Shown here: positions 12,300 to 24,198 of the stretch, one piece after another
Layout: the number at the start of each line of letters is the position of its first letter
How positions within the stretch are numbered: the stretch's first letter is position 1
Origin: Utricularia gibba
Lineage: Eukaryota > Plantae > Magnoliophyta
DNA length: 64,000 nt
Reading direction: 5' to 3'
Assembly (NCBI GenBank): GCA_002189035.1
Contig: NEEC01000017.1
Location: 1,612,001 to 1,676,000, forward strand
Notes under the pieces: generated by a model
Told to the model about the DNA's origin: nothing
What the model saw: the letters and a program-made list of their open reading frames with translations, nothing else
Database searches by the model: none
Position numbers and translations under genes: made by a program

Positions 12300-12304
12300 A
12301 AAAA
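12300..12304 (-). terminator. Pol III oligo-T terminator of TR
   Basis: TTTTT lies 3 nt after the 3' strand of the terminal helix (GTCGCCCTC-ACC-TTTTT). Confidence 0.8.
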
Positions 12305-12586
12305 GGTGAGGGCGACTGTTAAGGGTTGGGCAGCGAGGAACAAGTAGCCGCGAACGCACTCTCTCTTCAGAGAGCGCAGGCAGCACCGCCTTCAAGCCAT
12401 AGCCAACCCGACAACAACAGCAAGGAGTTGAAGCACCAAGGTGCATCGAATGTTTCACATGGAAACATCGGTAAAAGACCATCCCCCCACGCGAAATCCC
12501 GACGCGAGAACCCATCATAACGGATTCAATTGGTTTAGGGTTCATATCAACAGTGCTCAACTCCCCGCACATCGCCCCCGGTGGCT
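12300..12586 (-). ncRNA. TR: Telomerase RNA (plant TR), about 285 nt, template for TTTAGGG
   Basis: USE and TATA upstream, template AACCCTAAACC (12542-12532), G-rich 5' end pairing with the 3' end, H-type pseudoknot after the template, long 3' stem, and a TTTTT terminator. The 5' end is approximate (12579-12586). Confidence 0.9.
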
Positions 12587-12608
12587 GACACGGACCATTC
12601 TCCTGCTC

Positions 12609-12651
12609 TTTTTAAACCAATAAATTTGTAACAAAAAAACCGATGTGGGAT
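12609..12651 (-). promoter_or_regulatory. Type-3 Pol III promoter: USE ATCCCACATCG plus TATA-like TTTAAAAA
   Basis: Exact RTCCCACATCG at 12651-12641, then 24 nt, then TTTAAAAA from 12616. This is the short Pol III-type spacing of plant U6/U3/7SL/TR genes. Confidence 0.88.
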
Positions 12652-13856
12652 ATTATCATCATTATCTTATTTTGTCCACTCGAGCCTGAAATCTGTGTCT
12701 TGGGCCAATCATTCTCGACGCCATGAATGCATCTACAGTCCAGACACACAAGGAGATGGACAGATCCTATGCCCATGTGATGTGGTGGTCCAAACCTCAA
12801 CCATGTCCACCCCACATGAATGATATTATTACAACAAACCCCACATTACAAATACTAAAAAAACTCTTCTTTTCCATTCTAAAATTCCATTCCTAGCATT
12901 GATTCAAATTCATTTTGATTTTGGATCAAGTCCACAATTGGCACATTTCGAAAAAATATCGAAAATTTAGACAATACCTTTCGCATGATAACTCATCTCT
13001 CATGTGATGCTTGCTAGTAAAGACCAATTTGAACCATGGGAGAAAGAACACACACGTGGTATACGGAAAAAGTGGTTTTTATTATTCATTTAAAACTTAA
13101 AAAAATAAGGAAATTGATGATTGGGTCCGGTTAGTGGGCCGGGCCGGTCCGTATACGGAAACCTCATACGGCGGGTACTAACGCGGATGGGCCCCGCTTT
13201 TCGGGAATCTAACACCCATTTGTGACAAGCTGACAACCCACCCTTCTCTGAACAAATAAGAAAAAAGGACAGCACCCACGTGGTGCTGGAATTCCGTTGC
13301 TACCCCTGGAGCAGGAAATTACCAAAACACCCTTCAAGACATCGCTTGTGTTCAGACGGATGAAGGCTATTAATGACAAAAACGAGGTACCGAGTCCAAA
13401 TCATTGTCCACCGTGTCTCCTGTTCAGTTGATCTTCCCACGTTGTGCCAGTTTACACTGAACTACCCTTGTCGTGCTCCTCTGTCCCCCTCTCGCTTCTT
13501 CCCCGTTGAATTATTTTATTGAAAAACATACACATTGTCCTACAACACGTATTTTTCACTCACCACATGCCATTAGATTGTCTCTGATATTCTGTTGCTA
13601 TAAATACTTTTAACTGTGAGAGGATGAGCGAGGTGACTTCAGTCTATGTGTAATGTACGTACCTTCACGGTATTGCTTTTCTCCTCCTTTTCCAGCAATA
13701 ATAGGCAGACAGAAACAGGCATTCATGGCCCCTGTTTGCGCTTAACGCGTCCTTCAAACATGTGGGTTGCGTTTAGATAACCCGGTCGAAGCCTCCATAT
13801 TTCTGTGTCTTTGTGCAGAATCGCTACCTCCCTTGAGGAAAATTTAGTGTTTTGAG

Positions 13857-15152
13857 ATGAAGAAGCTGGGTTGTTTAAACTTGAGGCAGATAGCAAGCGC
13901 CCCAAGAAATCTGGAGAGGAGATTGTCGTTGGGGAGTACAGAAGAGCAGTCTCATGGTCTAGTTACCTGGTTTCTTCAGGGGCGGAGATTAAAGGCGGAG
14001 GAGAAGAAGAATGGAGTGCTGATATGTCGGAGTTGTACATTGGCAACAAGTTTGCTACAGGGAGGCATAGCAGGATTTACAGAGGTGGCTATAAAGGCAG
14101 AGACGTGGCTATTAAGCTTGTTAGCCAGCCCGAGGAAGATAGTCAGTTGGCCGACTTTCTGGAGAAGCAGTTCACCTCAGAAGTTGCTCTTCTTTTTAGG
14201 CTCAATCACCCCAATATCATCTCTGTAGGCTACCCTTCTCTCCCCTGGTTTCTGGGATTCTTTTGATATCTGTCCTCAATCTTTGAATACTGCAAAAATC
14301 CCTTGATTTTTGTTTAGTCCAAGCTTAGTTGCGTGGCTAGCTTGCATTACTAATGCTCTTCATTGTTTGTAGTTCGTTGGCGCATGTAAAAAACCTCCAG
14401 TATTTTGCATCATCACTGAGTACTACCCTGGTGGCTCCTTGAAGAAGTTCCTTCATCAGCAAGAGCCATATTCGGTTCCTCTGAAGCTTGTTCTGAAGCT
14501 GGCTTTGGATATTGCTCATGGGATGCAGTATCTTCACTCTCAGGGAATTCTTCACCGGGATCTGAAATCCGAGAACCTGCTTCTTGATCTGGACATGACC
14601 GTGAAAGTTGCAGACTTCGGGATCTCATGTTTGGAATCCCAGTGCAGAGAAAGCAATAGCTTCAGGGGCTTGTTCACAGGCACCTACAGATGGATGGCCC
14701 CCGAAATGATCAAACAAAAACACCACACCAAGAAGGTTGATGTCTACAGCTTCGGCATCGTCATGTGGGAGCTCTTAACCGCATTGACACCCTTCAACGA
14801 CATGACTCCAGAACAAGCAGCCTTTGCAGTATGCCAGAAGGTACTGACACAAACACCACCCACAGTTTTTCATCCCCTTATATACTCAAACCCTGTGATC
14901 TGTGTGCAGAATGCAAGGCCGCAACTGCCGGGATCATGCCCATCAGCTCTCAGCCATCTGATCCGCCGGTGCTGGTCGAGCCGCCCTGAGAAAAGACCGG
15001 ACTTTGATGAGATTGTCAGCCTTCTTGAAGACTACTCCCACTCGCTCGACATGAACCCAGAATTCTTCTCCTCTTGTAAGCCCATGGAACCGTGCAGTTT
15101 TCCAAAATGGATTCCAAACTGCATTGCTGGTTTTCGCAGCAGCCGATCTTAG
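13857..15152 (+). CDS. Raf-like (group C) Ser/Thr/Tyr protein kinase, HT1/RAF36/RAF43-like; 1-nt frameshift at 13931-13934 as assembled
   Basis: LERRLSLG-/-EYRRAVSW...EEWSADMSELYIGNKFATGRHSRIY...VAIK...HRDLKSEN...DFG...GTYRWMAPE...DVYSFG. Two introns (14227-ca.14372, 14841-14909). Confidence 0.88.
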
Positions 15153-17145
15153 AAAAGGCAGGAAAGTGTAGAGTAGCCGCGTTGTGGCTTTGTAAGTATT
15201 CTATGGAGGCAGAGCAGAAGCTTGCTGCTTCTACATTGACTGGTGGGCCTTTGTACGGAAGTATTTGGGCCTTTTATTATTGGTCCTGGGCCGATTAAAA
15301 AATTTACCTTTTTAAATATGTTTTTCTTTTTTTGAGTAAATATATATTTTTTACTTTTTGATGGTAAAAAAAAACAACTAAAAATAGATATATCTGAATA
15401 AAAAATTAAAATAATTATTTATAATATTAAATATACATATCAATTTAAATCATTAAATATATTTGTATTTCTCATTGTAATTATAAAATATCTAGTACTT
15501 TTTCTCTTTTTATTTCTTAAAAAGTAGAAATAATGAAAGAAAAAGGAGATCAACCAAGAAAGAGTAGAATTAGCTAACACTGAATACCACATCAATTATG
15601 AATGAAATGGAATGATAGTTTGTATAAAGAAAATTTTTCTAATATTGTATAAAACTTTTCGAGAAAAATATAAAACCATAAAAATTAGATTTTTAAAATG
15701 AATAATATTACATAATAATAAAGTAGATTGTTAAACCAAATTTTTTTTATTAAAATTCATTATCAGAGTTAAATTATTGATATATATATATTATTTTCAT
15801 TTTTTGATGTAACATACATATGTATATGCACACACATACATCATTTTCGGATGTATCATATGGTCGTATTTGAAAATTTTAACACATCTCATACCATGGT
15901 TAGCAAAATTTTAGATGATACGGATTTTTCATATATTTTTACTTTCAAATACAAATACGCTCATATTCAAAATTTTTAGACGATACCCATTGTGTAATGT
16001 GGTTAGCATAGTTAGTGTTTCTCCATGTCCGGAATGTCTCCAATTATAGGTGCAAATTGTGTGCATGGGTTAGTTACGGGTATCTATCAAAGTGTAATGG
16101 CCAATAATCTCCCGTTTTGGATGCCTTCAACAGTGAAATCCGACCCCTTTTTCTTTTCCTTTTTCCGCACTCAACCCAGAAAGTCCCACATCGAATAAAT
16201 AAACCCAAATGATTTTGACACTAGCATCAATTTTCCAAATGTATTTATATGAGTATTTTTTATTATTAAAAATGAGAGGTTTTCAGGAACACTATTCGTT
16301 AACTTTGGTGGGGGTCAGTGTGCTTCTAACGCTGGCCACTGTAATACACCAATCACAGCATCACTGTCATGGCCCCACCTTCACCGTCCTGTATGTCATG
16401 AAATAATCATAATACTAATATTTTATTACATTTTATTGAATATCCTCTTTAATATTAATGTGTGTCTGTTTCCAGATAAGGATATGATGAGATTTATTTT
16501 AATTTGAATTAATGTGAGATTTGATTCATTGGAATGAGAAGAAAAAATTGATATATGATCTTATGTACAAAAAAGGTAATTTTAGATGAAAATGAAAGAC
16601 AATAGTCTTAAAATTATTATGAACTCATATTTTAGAAGATAGATAGAATACCCAACTAAGTATGTACTATTTAGTTTTTATGCTGTTAAAATTAAAAATA
16701 TAATAAATTGAACAAATATACGTGAAATTTAAATATATAATAAATAGATATTTTTATTAAAAAATATTAAATTCAATTAATATATAATTATTTGCTCTAA
16801 TAAATATCTTAAAGTTGAATTGATCTTGGTGTGATTAAAACTTTTTTTATTGTATATAGTACTTAGTTTATAAATCGTTCTAACTTGTATCGATTAAATT
16901 TAACGTATTTCTTATTATTTATTATTCATGACATAAAATCCAAATACATAATAAATATATATAATATTAAAAAAATAATCAATAAATAGTGATTCATAAT
17001 ATATTATATATATAATTATTTTAATTAAATTTTTCGATATGAAATTATTTGATTTAATGCATATAAAATCAAAAAGTATTGAGTATAAAAGCATTGGTTG
17101 TTTATAGTTGCATGACAATTCTTCTTTACTGGTTATCCCAATTGA

Positions 17146-17904
17146 ATGGATCTGTGCCCTCCTCTCCGGCAGCTACTCTCCGGCATCTTCCCTTTCCCCT
17201 GGATCGCCGTTAACTTCATGGTGCTGCTGATAGCCGTCTCCACCACGCTCACCCGCCATGCCGCCGATCCGCCGCCACCTGCAGCACCAGTGTTTGCAAC
17301 TGAAGCTGAAGCTGATTCAGCCATCATACTGGTTGGGTTCTATGCATCTACTTTCTTTTCGTCTGCATAAGATGCCTGTCTGCGGGTTCCAGGCCTGGTT
17401 TCGAACTATTCTCTTGCCGCGCACATGCATCTTTTTAACATAGTTTTTTCCGAATTCGAATGTACTTTTTTTCAGAAGCAGTCGAACCAAGTGGGGTTCA
17501 GTTCGATGGGAGCCGGCGTTTCAGAATCGGAAACGGAGTCCGGGTATCAGTCGGATGACGAGGGAGGGGCAGGAAGATGCCGATCGATGGATTCCACGTG
17601 GAGGGAAATAACTAGTCCAGTGAAAGGAAAGCCTTGCAGGAAGATGCAGAAGAAGAAGAAGAAGGACAAGAGAAACCCTGAAGAAAGAGCTAGAGATGTG
17701 GATGAAGAAGCTACGGAGTTGGATTGGAGCTCCTACACGACAAAAGGGAAAAACTCTTCTTTGCCGGAACAGGAAGAAGATGATACAGGCGATGAATTGC
17801 GGCAGAAAGTGGAAAAGTTCATAGATAACTTCAAGAGGGATCTGCAGCGGCAAAGACAGGAATCTGATCAGAGGTTTTTGGAGATGATCAGCAGACAACT
17901 TTAG
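17146..17904 (+). CDS. DUF4408 + DUF761 (cotton-fibre-expressed-like) protein
   Basis: The N-terminal hydrophobic WIAVNFMVLLIAVST segment and the C-terminal DELRQKVEKFIDNFKRDLQRQRQES motif join in frame through a phase-0 GT-AG intron at 17332-17475 (inferred). Confidence 0.7.
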
Positions 17905-18141
17905 ACAATCTGCAGTTGCCTTCATTTTTCTTGCAGTGCGCTGTAGTATTATGTTCTTGTGCACGTGTGAATAAACTTGTTTTCTTGTCCAAATCATTTA
18001 ACAACAATAACCTTTTAAATTTTTTGGGATTAAATAATACAAATTATTTTTTATTAATTTTTCGGGCTTTCATGAATGTGGGCGGCCCATTAATTAGTTT
18101 GGGCCCAATGAAATGTACATCATCATGGAAGGAGATTTTGA

Positions 18142-18167
18142 TCTCTCTCTCTCTCTCTCTCTCTCTC
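18142..18167. repeat. (TC)13 microsatellite
   Basis: Direct reading of the sequence. Confidence 0.9.
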
Positions 18168-18355
18168 CATAACTTATGGTGGTCTATTCATGGCGTTTGA
18201 TGTCTCTTTTTGGGCATCGAGCCAGAGAAAGTAGACTCTGTTTGTTGTTTCTGAACATTTCCCTTGGCCAGGCAAAAGATTTATACATGTTCATGTTCCA
18301 TGCAGATCGGAAATGAATGGAACTGGAAATTTGTTCAGCGGCGACGTGATCTTCT

Positions 18356-19146
18356 TCATCCTTGGAAAGCGCCGTTGATGTAGAAGTAGAGAACGAGCAG
18401 TGCTGCAGCTCCTAGAGCTATTGCAAATGGCAGCACTTGCCTAGTTGCCTGCACAAACGGACACACACACACGTCAGAGGAGTTTTGAAGCTTCCAGTGG
18501 CTGCCGGCAACATGGGAAAACTCCATTGAGATTCGGAGCATTGTTAGAAGTTGAAGGGGTGAAGGAAATGCTCATACCCTATTGATTCATCTCTTCACCA
18601 ACGCTTTCCTTGCTTTTCTTACATCTGTGGCATTTGCATCTTTTGTCACTGGTTTCTCGTATGGCTTGAACCTCCGTTTTGGTGCACCGCATACTGCAGT
18701 TGATTACATTGAAAAGATTCAATGTACTTACACATGAAAGACAGCTCTGTTTCAGTTTTTCTTGATTCGAAATCGGCTGCCGGCCGAAAAATATATAGTT
18801 TACCGGGACAGAAGAAGTTATCCGGCAACTTCTCAAAGTCCTGCATCAAAAATACAATCGAATCCCAGTCCAAAGTCCTGACTTTCACCATCAAATCGAA
18901 AGCGATTTTAGGGAAAGGTAAACCCAACCCGCAATCACGGCAAATGTAGGCTTGTTTGGAAGCCACGCGCATGGAGAATCTGGGCGCAGTAGCAGCGCCG
19001 GTGCGAAAAGTGGAGGGCGTGAGTTTCCAGAGAGACGGAGTTAAAAAGGAAGATTTGAGAGCGAATCGATCAGGCAGATGCCTGAGGCCGGCGTTTTCGA
19101 GCGGCGAATGTGAAATGAACTTGGAACCCGTGGATGCTAACGCCAT
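18356..19146 (-). pseudogene. Chloroplast rubredoxin-like protein gene (At5g51010-type), disrupted as assembled
   Basis: Transit peptide, RVASKQAYICRDCG, FEKLPDNFFCP|VCGAPKRRF and a C-terminal TM exon (VLPFAIALGAAALLVLYFY). The conserved YIY segment is missing at the exon 2 start, and a frameshift gives a premature TGA at 18589-18587. Gene identity is secure; pseudogene status is not. Confidence 0.6.
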
Positions 19147-19451
19147 TTTGTATGGCCGTTGTTTTCTGGGACTCGAGAGAGCAAAGTACAAAGAACCACA
19201 GGAAGCCGAGGATGACGATAAGAGAAGAAACAGTTTGAGGGAAGGTGGTAAATATGCTCGCTGGAGACGTGGGATTGTGCTTCAAAACTTGTTTGTTTTA
19301 GTTCCCATTTAAGGTACGAGATACGATGTTGCTTAAACAAGTTCCACTGTCATGAAACTCAAACCAATAGTACTGTGCAGCAACAAATGAAAGCCAATAC
19401 AGTGTAGATTTTACACTTGTTAGTTAACTACTCAGTAGAAAGATGAAAGCT

Positions 19452-21660
19452 TTACCATGGTTTGAGGTCAGCCACAGGGCCTTCCGTCCAGTTGAGAATC
19501 TTCTCCCCGGGCTTCAAGAAGACGCTCTCGTCATGCGGTAGTTTACGAGCCAACCCATTCAGAATCTGATGGAATGCATCTCTTGCCTGCGGTGGCTGCG
19601 GAAACAGCATCGCCTGTTTCATGGAAGGATTCGCCAGCAACCTTTGCTTTCTCAGGATTTCTTCAATGGGAATGGATGTGAGAATTGTGTCCAGTTTGGG
19701 GACATCTTTCTCGTCTACAAAAACTCCGATTTCTTCCCAAGGTATTGCGTCAGCAAATGGTAAGACAATGTCGTCTGCTATGATCACAGGTATGCATCCA
19801 AATACAACTGCTTCAACCAGCCTTGGGCTCCATGGAGCCCATCCCAGAGGGCATAAACAGAAAATGGCTCGCTGCATGTCCTCGTAGTATGTTATCGGGT
19901 GGTCGGTTGAAATATCGAATAGAGGGTTGTCTTTGAAGTTCTCCCAAACCGCTGCTCTGGCACCCCTGGTAAGGTTCAGATAGAGAGGAGAAGAATAATT
20001 AAGTGTGATCACTAATAAACACACAGATTTCAAGCTTTGTGCTCTGTGGAATTTATCTTGTGATTGAATAGGAGTAGGCAAACACAAATTTCCTCGTAAG
20101 TGCTATTTCTATCATACAGAGCCAATAGTAAAACATATCACGATATCTGAATAGAAGTGGGTAGAAAAAAACTGCAAAAATTGTACCTTTCAATGAATTT
20201 CAGAGAAGCAGCACAGGACTATAAATTAAGAATATGGTGGGATGCTGAGAAAAGAGCATACCTTGCATAATAACCACCTTCTGGGTCATTTCCAACATCA
20301 TAGAATAAACCCCGGAAATAAACAAAGATTGATCGAGGAGTTGTTGGAGGAATTAGATGTGCCTGCATTTTCTGTGGAGGGGCATACGGAGGAATTATGA
20401 TTGATCCATCCTTTAAGCAAACATGGTTTCTTTGTCCAAATGTTTGAACCAACGTAGCCCGTTGGAGCAACCGGAGAATCCCTCTCGCTATAGCCTTCTC
20501 TTCCTACAAGTCATATAACGCAAAGGAGTTCTGTGATAGGAATATAGATTTGCAACAAATACTACTCTATTGGACTAAAACATCCAACCACATGGAGAAT
20601 CTTCTGCTCATTAAGTCTTAAGGATCCAACTTGAGAATTGTCACTAAAAAATCCAGCTTGAGAAGCATCTACTTGACAGGGAGAGTGAAAATGAATTCAG
20701 TCACCTGATAGTGAAAGCAGGCACCGAAGTCATGGGGCACGATGAAGAAATGGTCAGCTCCCTCTGTTCTATTCCAGTATGGCCAATTCGAAGAAATAAG
20801 CTGAATAGCACTCCTCATCACACGGGGTGACTTAAAGGGAAGTGGGAGCCCATTCGGCGTGAGGTCACACGTAGTATACACAGGTGTATAAAACCAGTCA
20901 GCTTCCTCGGGATTCAGAGTCCGAACAGGACTCATAAGCAGGAATCTGTGCATGAAAATCTCTGCCGCAAACATATGTGTGAGGCATCTAGGATCCTTCT
21001 GTATGATTTTTTTGTTGTATTTGCTGGGAAGCTCATACACGAAGACTTTTAACCTCCCAACTGGATCATCTTCCAAGACATCCCCAGCACTACCTAAATT
21101 GCAAGACATAGTCAGTAGTTAAAAATCCAAGGTTTTAATGAGAGCAAAGACCACACGAGAAAGTTGTCATCGATCAAACTACTCTTGGGGCTGGGGAATA
21201 ATACTTTTCAAAAAAATTTGAATATTAGAATCTGATCGACCTCAAACTACTCTTTGAGCTCACTGAAACCCCACTTTTACCAATAAAAAAACTTGATCTT
21301 CGATTATATCCAGGTATCAACCTTGTCGTCAGTATAACCGAATCCCACTATTCTCGGGAATCTAATCAAATATCACGATGGGCACCCTCATCCGACACCT
21401 TGAATTCCATTCTCAAACCCTAAGACGATGTTAAAATCGAGACCCTAAGTCCTACCAATACCCAAGCGGGCTGAAATCATACACCCAGAAAAAATCCTCA
21501 ACTTTTTAACCTGACGAAGAAGGGAAAACGAACAAAAAGCATTCTTACCCGAGATTCTCTCAGTGTGTTGTGTTCTATGAAACTTGAATGCTACAACTTC
21601 AAGTAAGGGGAAAACAGCATTCCAAAGAATCAACGCTAACACGAATTCCCAAATCCTCAT
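19452..21660 (-). CDS. IRX10L: GT47 beta-1,4-xylosyltransferase IRX10-like (GUT1), 4 coding exons
   Basis: TERIS|GSAGDVLEDDPVGRLKVFVYELPSKYNKK...HFFIVPHDFGACFHYQ|EEKAI...GGYYAR|GARAAVWENFKDNP...DLKPW*. Confidence 0.95.
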
Positions 21661-22504
21661 CTCCCCAATCTTCTAAATCCTCTCCAAAATCAAGAAATTC
21701 CCAGAACATCAAAGAGGAAGCATATGCAAACCCATCAGCATGTTCATTCGATCCCAACAAACGTAGCTCGAAGATTGGTGACCAGTACCCCAAATTTGGA
21801 ATCTTTACTATTGGAGTAGTTTTAAGGATTCGCGGGGAAGAAGAATTGGAACAATTCGGTCGAGAACAGAGACGAAGACCCCAGATTTGGACATTTACAA
21901 ACACAAAAACGATGGTCAGCTAGAGAGGAGCTGTAAGGAAAGTAACCCCAGGCGTTTTAAGTACTTTTTAACTGACAGTAAAATCTCCCCGCGAACATGT
22001 TTTTACTTTTTAATTTTACTTCGTTTTTTTCTTTTTGTTTTTTTAATTCGATTAACTCTTCTTTTTTCTTTCTGGCCCACATATGTTAGGAAGCAAAACG
22101 GCGTCGTCGTAATGGCAAATCAAATGCCCAGCTGCGAATCAATGAACGTCTGTGTTTTCTGTCTGATGATTTTGCGATTTGCGATTCAGTTTCCAGGTGC
22201 CCTTCTCAGCTGCGAATGAGGGGTCGCGAAGAAGGTATCGAGTTCAGGTAGATGTTGGGTGGAGTTTTTAATCCGATAATGGTGTTTTGAATGTTCCTTG
22301 GATCATTGTTTCTGTTGTTTTTGCGAGCAAAACGGTGAAAATTGAATCTTCAATTATTTCATACAATTTTCTGTTTTGTTAGCCTGGAGAAACCTGCATT
22401 GTAAGCCACCCTGTGAGCACAAGCTTCTTTGGGAGCGTCATTGAGTTCTTCCATTTTCGCTGGTGCATCAGCAGAATCAGGAAGTTGAGTATTCTGGGTG
22501 CACA

Positions 22505-23856
22505 ATGGGCGCTCTTTCTTCATCTCGAACTATGAAATTGTTCTTAGTACATCTCTCATGTGGGATGGGGTTAGCTTTGGGTTTTTGGATGGCGTTTAAT
22601 CTTTTCTCGATCACTCTTATACAAGATCCAGCACGAACCCTCTTTGTGGTTTGGGTATGCATTCCTTTATACTTTTCACTCAGCTTTTTTTTGAGAATAA
22701 GGTGAAATATGTATCCTTTCTTTGCCCAGTCAGGCGGTTGAGTCGCTAATCGTCATCGTAGTGTACAGTTTGTTTCACAAATACCCTAATCAATGTTCAG
22801 TAAGTTCAGCATTTTTTATTCCTGTGACATCATATCTATTCTGTGTAATCTACTGTATTTCACCTCTTTGCCAACAGTATCTGAGAGCCGTAACCAGAGG
22901 CTTCTTGAGTCTCCCTGCTGGTTAGTTCTGGACAATGAAGCTGTAATCTGTTATTACGTTTCTTAATATGGTGCTTTCTCGCTAATCAGGGGCTCTAGCG
23001 AACGCATTTGGAGCAATTGTGTTGGGTGCACCTGTTGGGCTTCAGTATGTAATGGCTGATTCTGTTTCCAAGCTTTATTTGTTGTACATTCTGAGGAAAA
23101 ATTTTGTGCCCCTAAATTGACTTCAATTCAAGTAAAAGTTTTACTCTGCGTGAATGTGTTTCTTTAAGTTTCTTGAGGTTTGTTCATTTTGTTTGTGTCT
23201 ATGGAAGTACTATTATATTATGGACTTTTGTGATAAAGTAATAGCATTTTTACCTCGCAGGCAGTTTCCAAAAACACTTCACTGGTCTTTTTTGATGTCT
23301 ACACTGACGGTATATGGCTATACGCTCAAGTCATTCCCAGTCATATACGTGATATATGTAACATCTGAGCATTACTGTACTTCGTGCTTGTAGTTTGTCC
23401 CAGCAGCTTGTATCTATGGCACATCTTGGAGTGATTGGAGCCGAATATTCGCTCAATCGAAGTAAAGTTGATCCAAGGTTTATGAACTCAATTACCATTC
23501 AGCCTTTCAGGATTTCATTTTTATCATTTCCTACTTTCAGACCAACAGGATACATAGATTTCATGATCTGTTTACCAGCACATGGTGCTGTCATCGGGGC
23601 TTGGTTTGGCGCTTGGCCTATGCCTCTTGACTGGGAAAGACCCTGGCAAGTATGGAAAAAGATCTCAAAATCCCATCTTTGGTGCTTTTATTCCTCCCAA
23701 TTTTCACATACTTGCTGCTATCTCATCTCATGTGTTGTGCAGGATTGGCCCATCTGCGTGACTTATGGAGCCTTAGTTGGTTACATCATCGGAATGATTG
23801 GATCGGTAGTGCTTTCAGTAGCTCAGGACCGAAATTTGCGGCTCAAGACAGAATAG
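22505..23856 (+). CDS. PIG-F: GPI-anchor biosynthesis protein PIG-F, multi-exon
   Basis: NAFGAIVLGAP, KTLHWSFLMS, FVPAAC...WSDWSRIF, GAVIGAWFGAWPMPLDWERPWQ|DWPICVTYGA motifs with GT-AG introns. Confidence 0.92.
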
Positions 23857-24198
23857 ATTTGGATGAAGGAAGAAGTTATTCAGTCGTGCATCATTACATG
23901 AGCTTTGGTTTTCTGAAAGAACTGCGTCTAAGTTCTCCAGTAGCTTAGAGGCCTACACTTTTTTCTTTTCTCTTGATCATGATGCAGTAGAAAATCTTGT
24001 CTTTGTACGGACAAAGAAACAATGATTCTTCATATTACTAACTGGAGGAAGGGATCAGCAAGAAGCCACAGAGGCTTACAGTACAATTAATAGAAGAACA
24101 TGAGATAACAGAAAAAATGAACAGCGACAGCAATGGAACATATCATGTGAAGAAGATCAATTCTGATGTGGGCATGAACATAGAGCTCACTGGAATGA

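Noticed and set aside
12451-12467. Palindrome resembling bacterial parS (TGTTTCCATGTGAAACA) next to a gidB/rsmG gene
   Set aside because: It is 17 nt rather than the 16-nt consensus. The host is a eukaryote with an intron-containing RsmG, and the bases are part of the TR pseudoknot. Coincidence.
12195-12572. 125-aa minus-strand ORF (with CCCC run) and overlapping plus-strand ORFs
   Set aside because: No recognisable protein. It coincides with the structured TR transcript, and the Pol III promoter and terminator explain the sequence better.
16183-16193. Second perfect USE (GTCCCACATCG)
   Set aside because: No TATA at Pol II or Pol III spacing and no recognisable snRNA, 7SL or TR downstream.
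21413-21450. AAACCCTAA telo-box-like motifs (also near 11553 and 35800)
   Set aside because: Isolated telo-boxes in introns or promoters without USE, terminator or pseudoknot; not additional TR genes.
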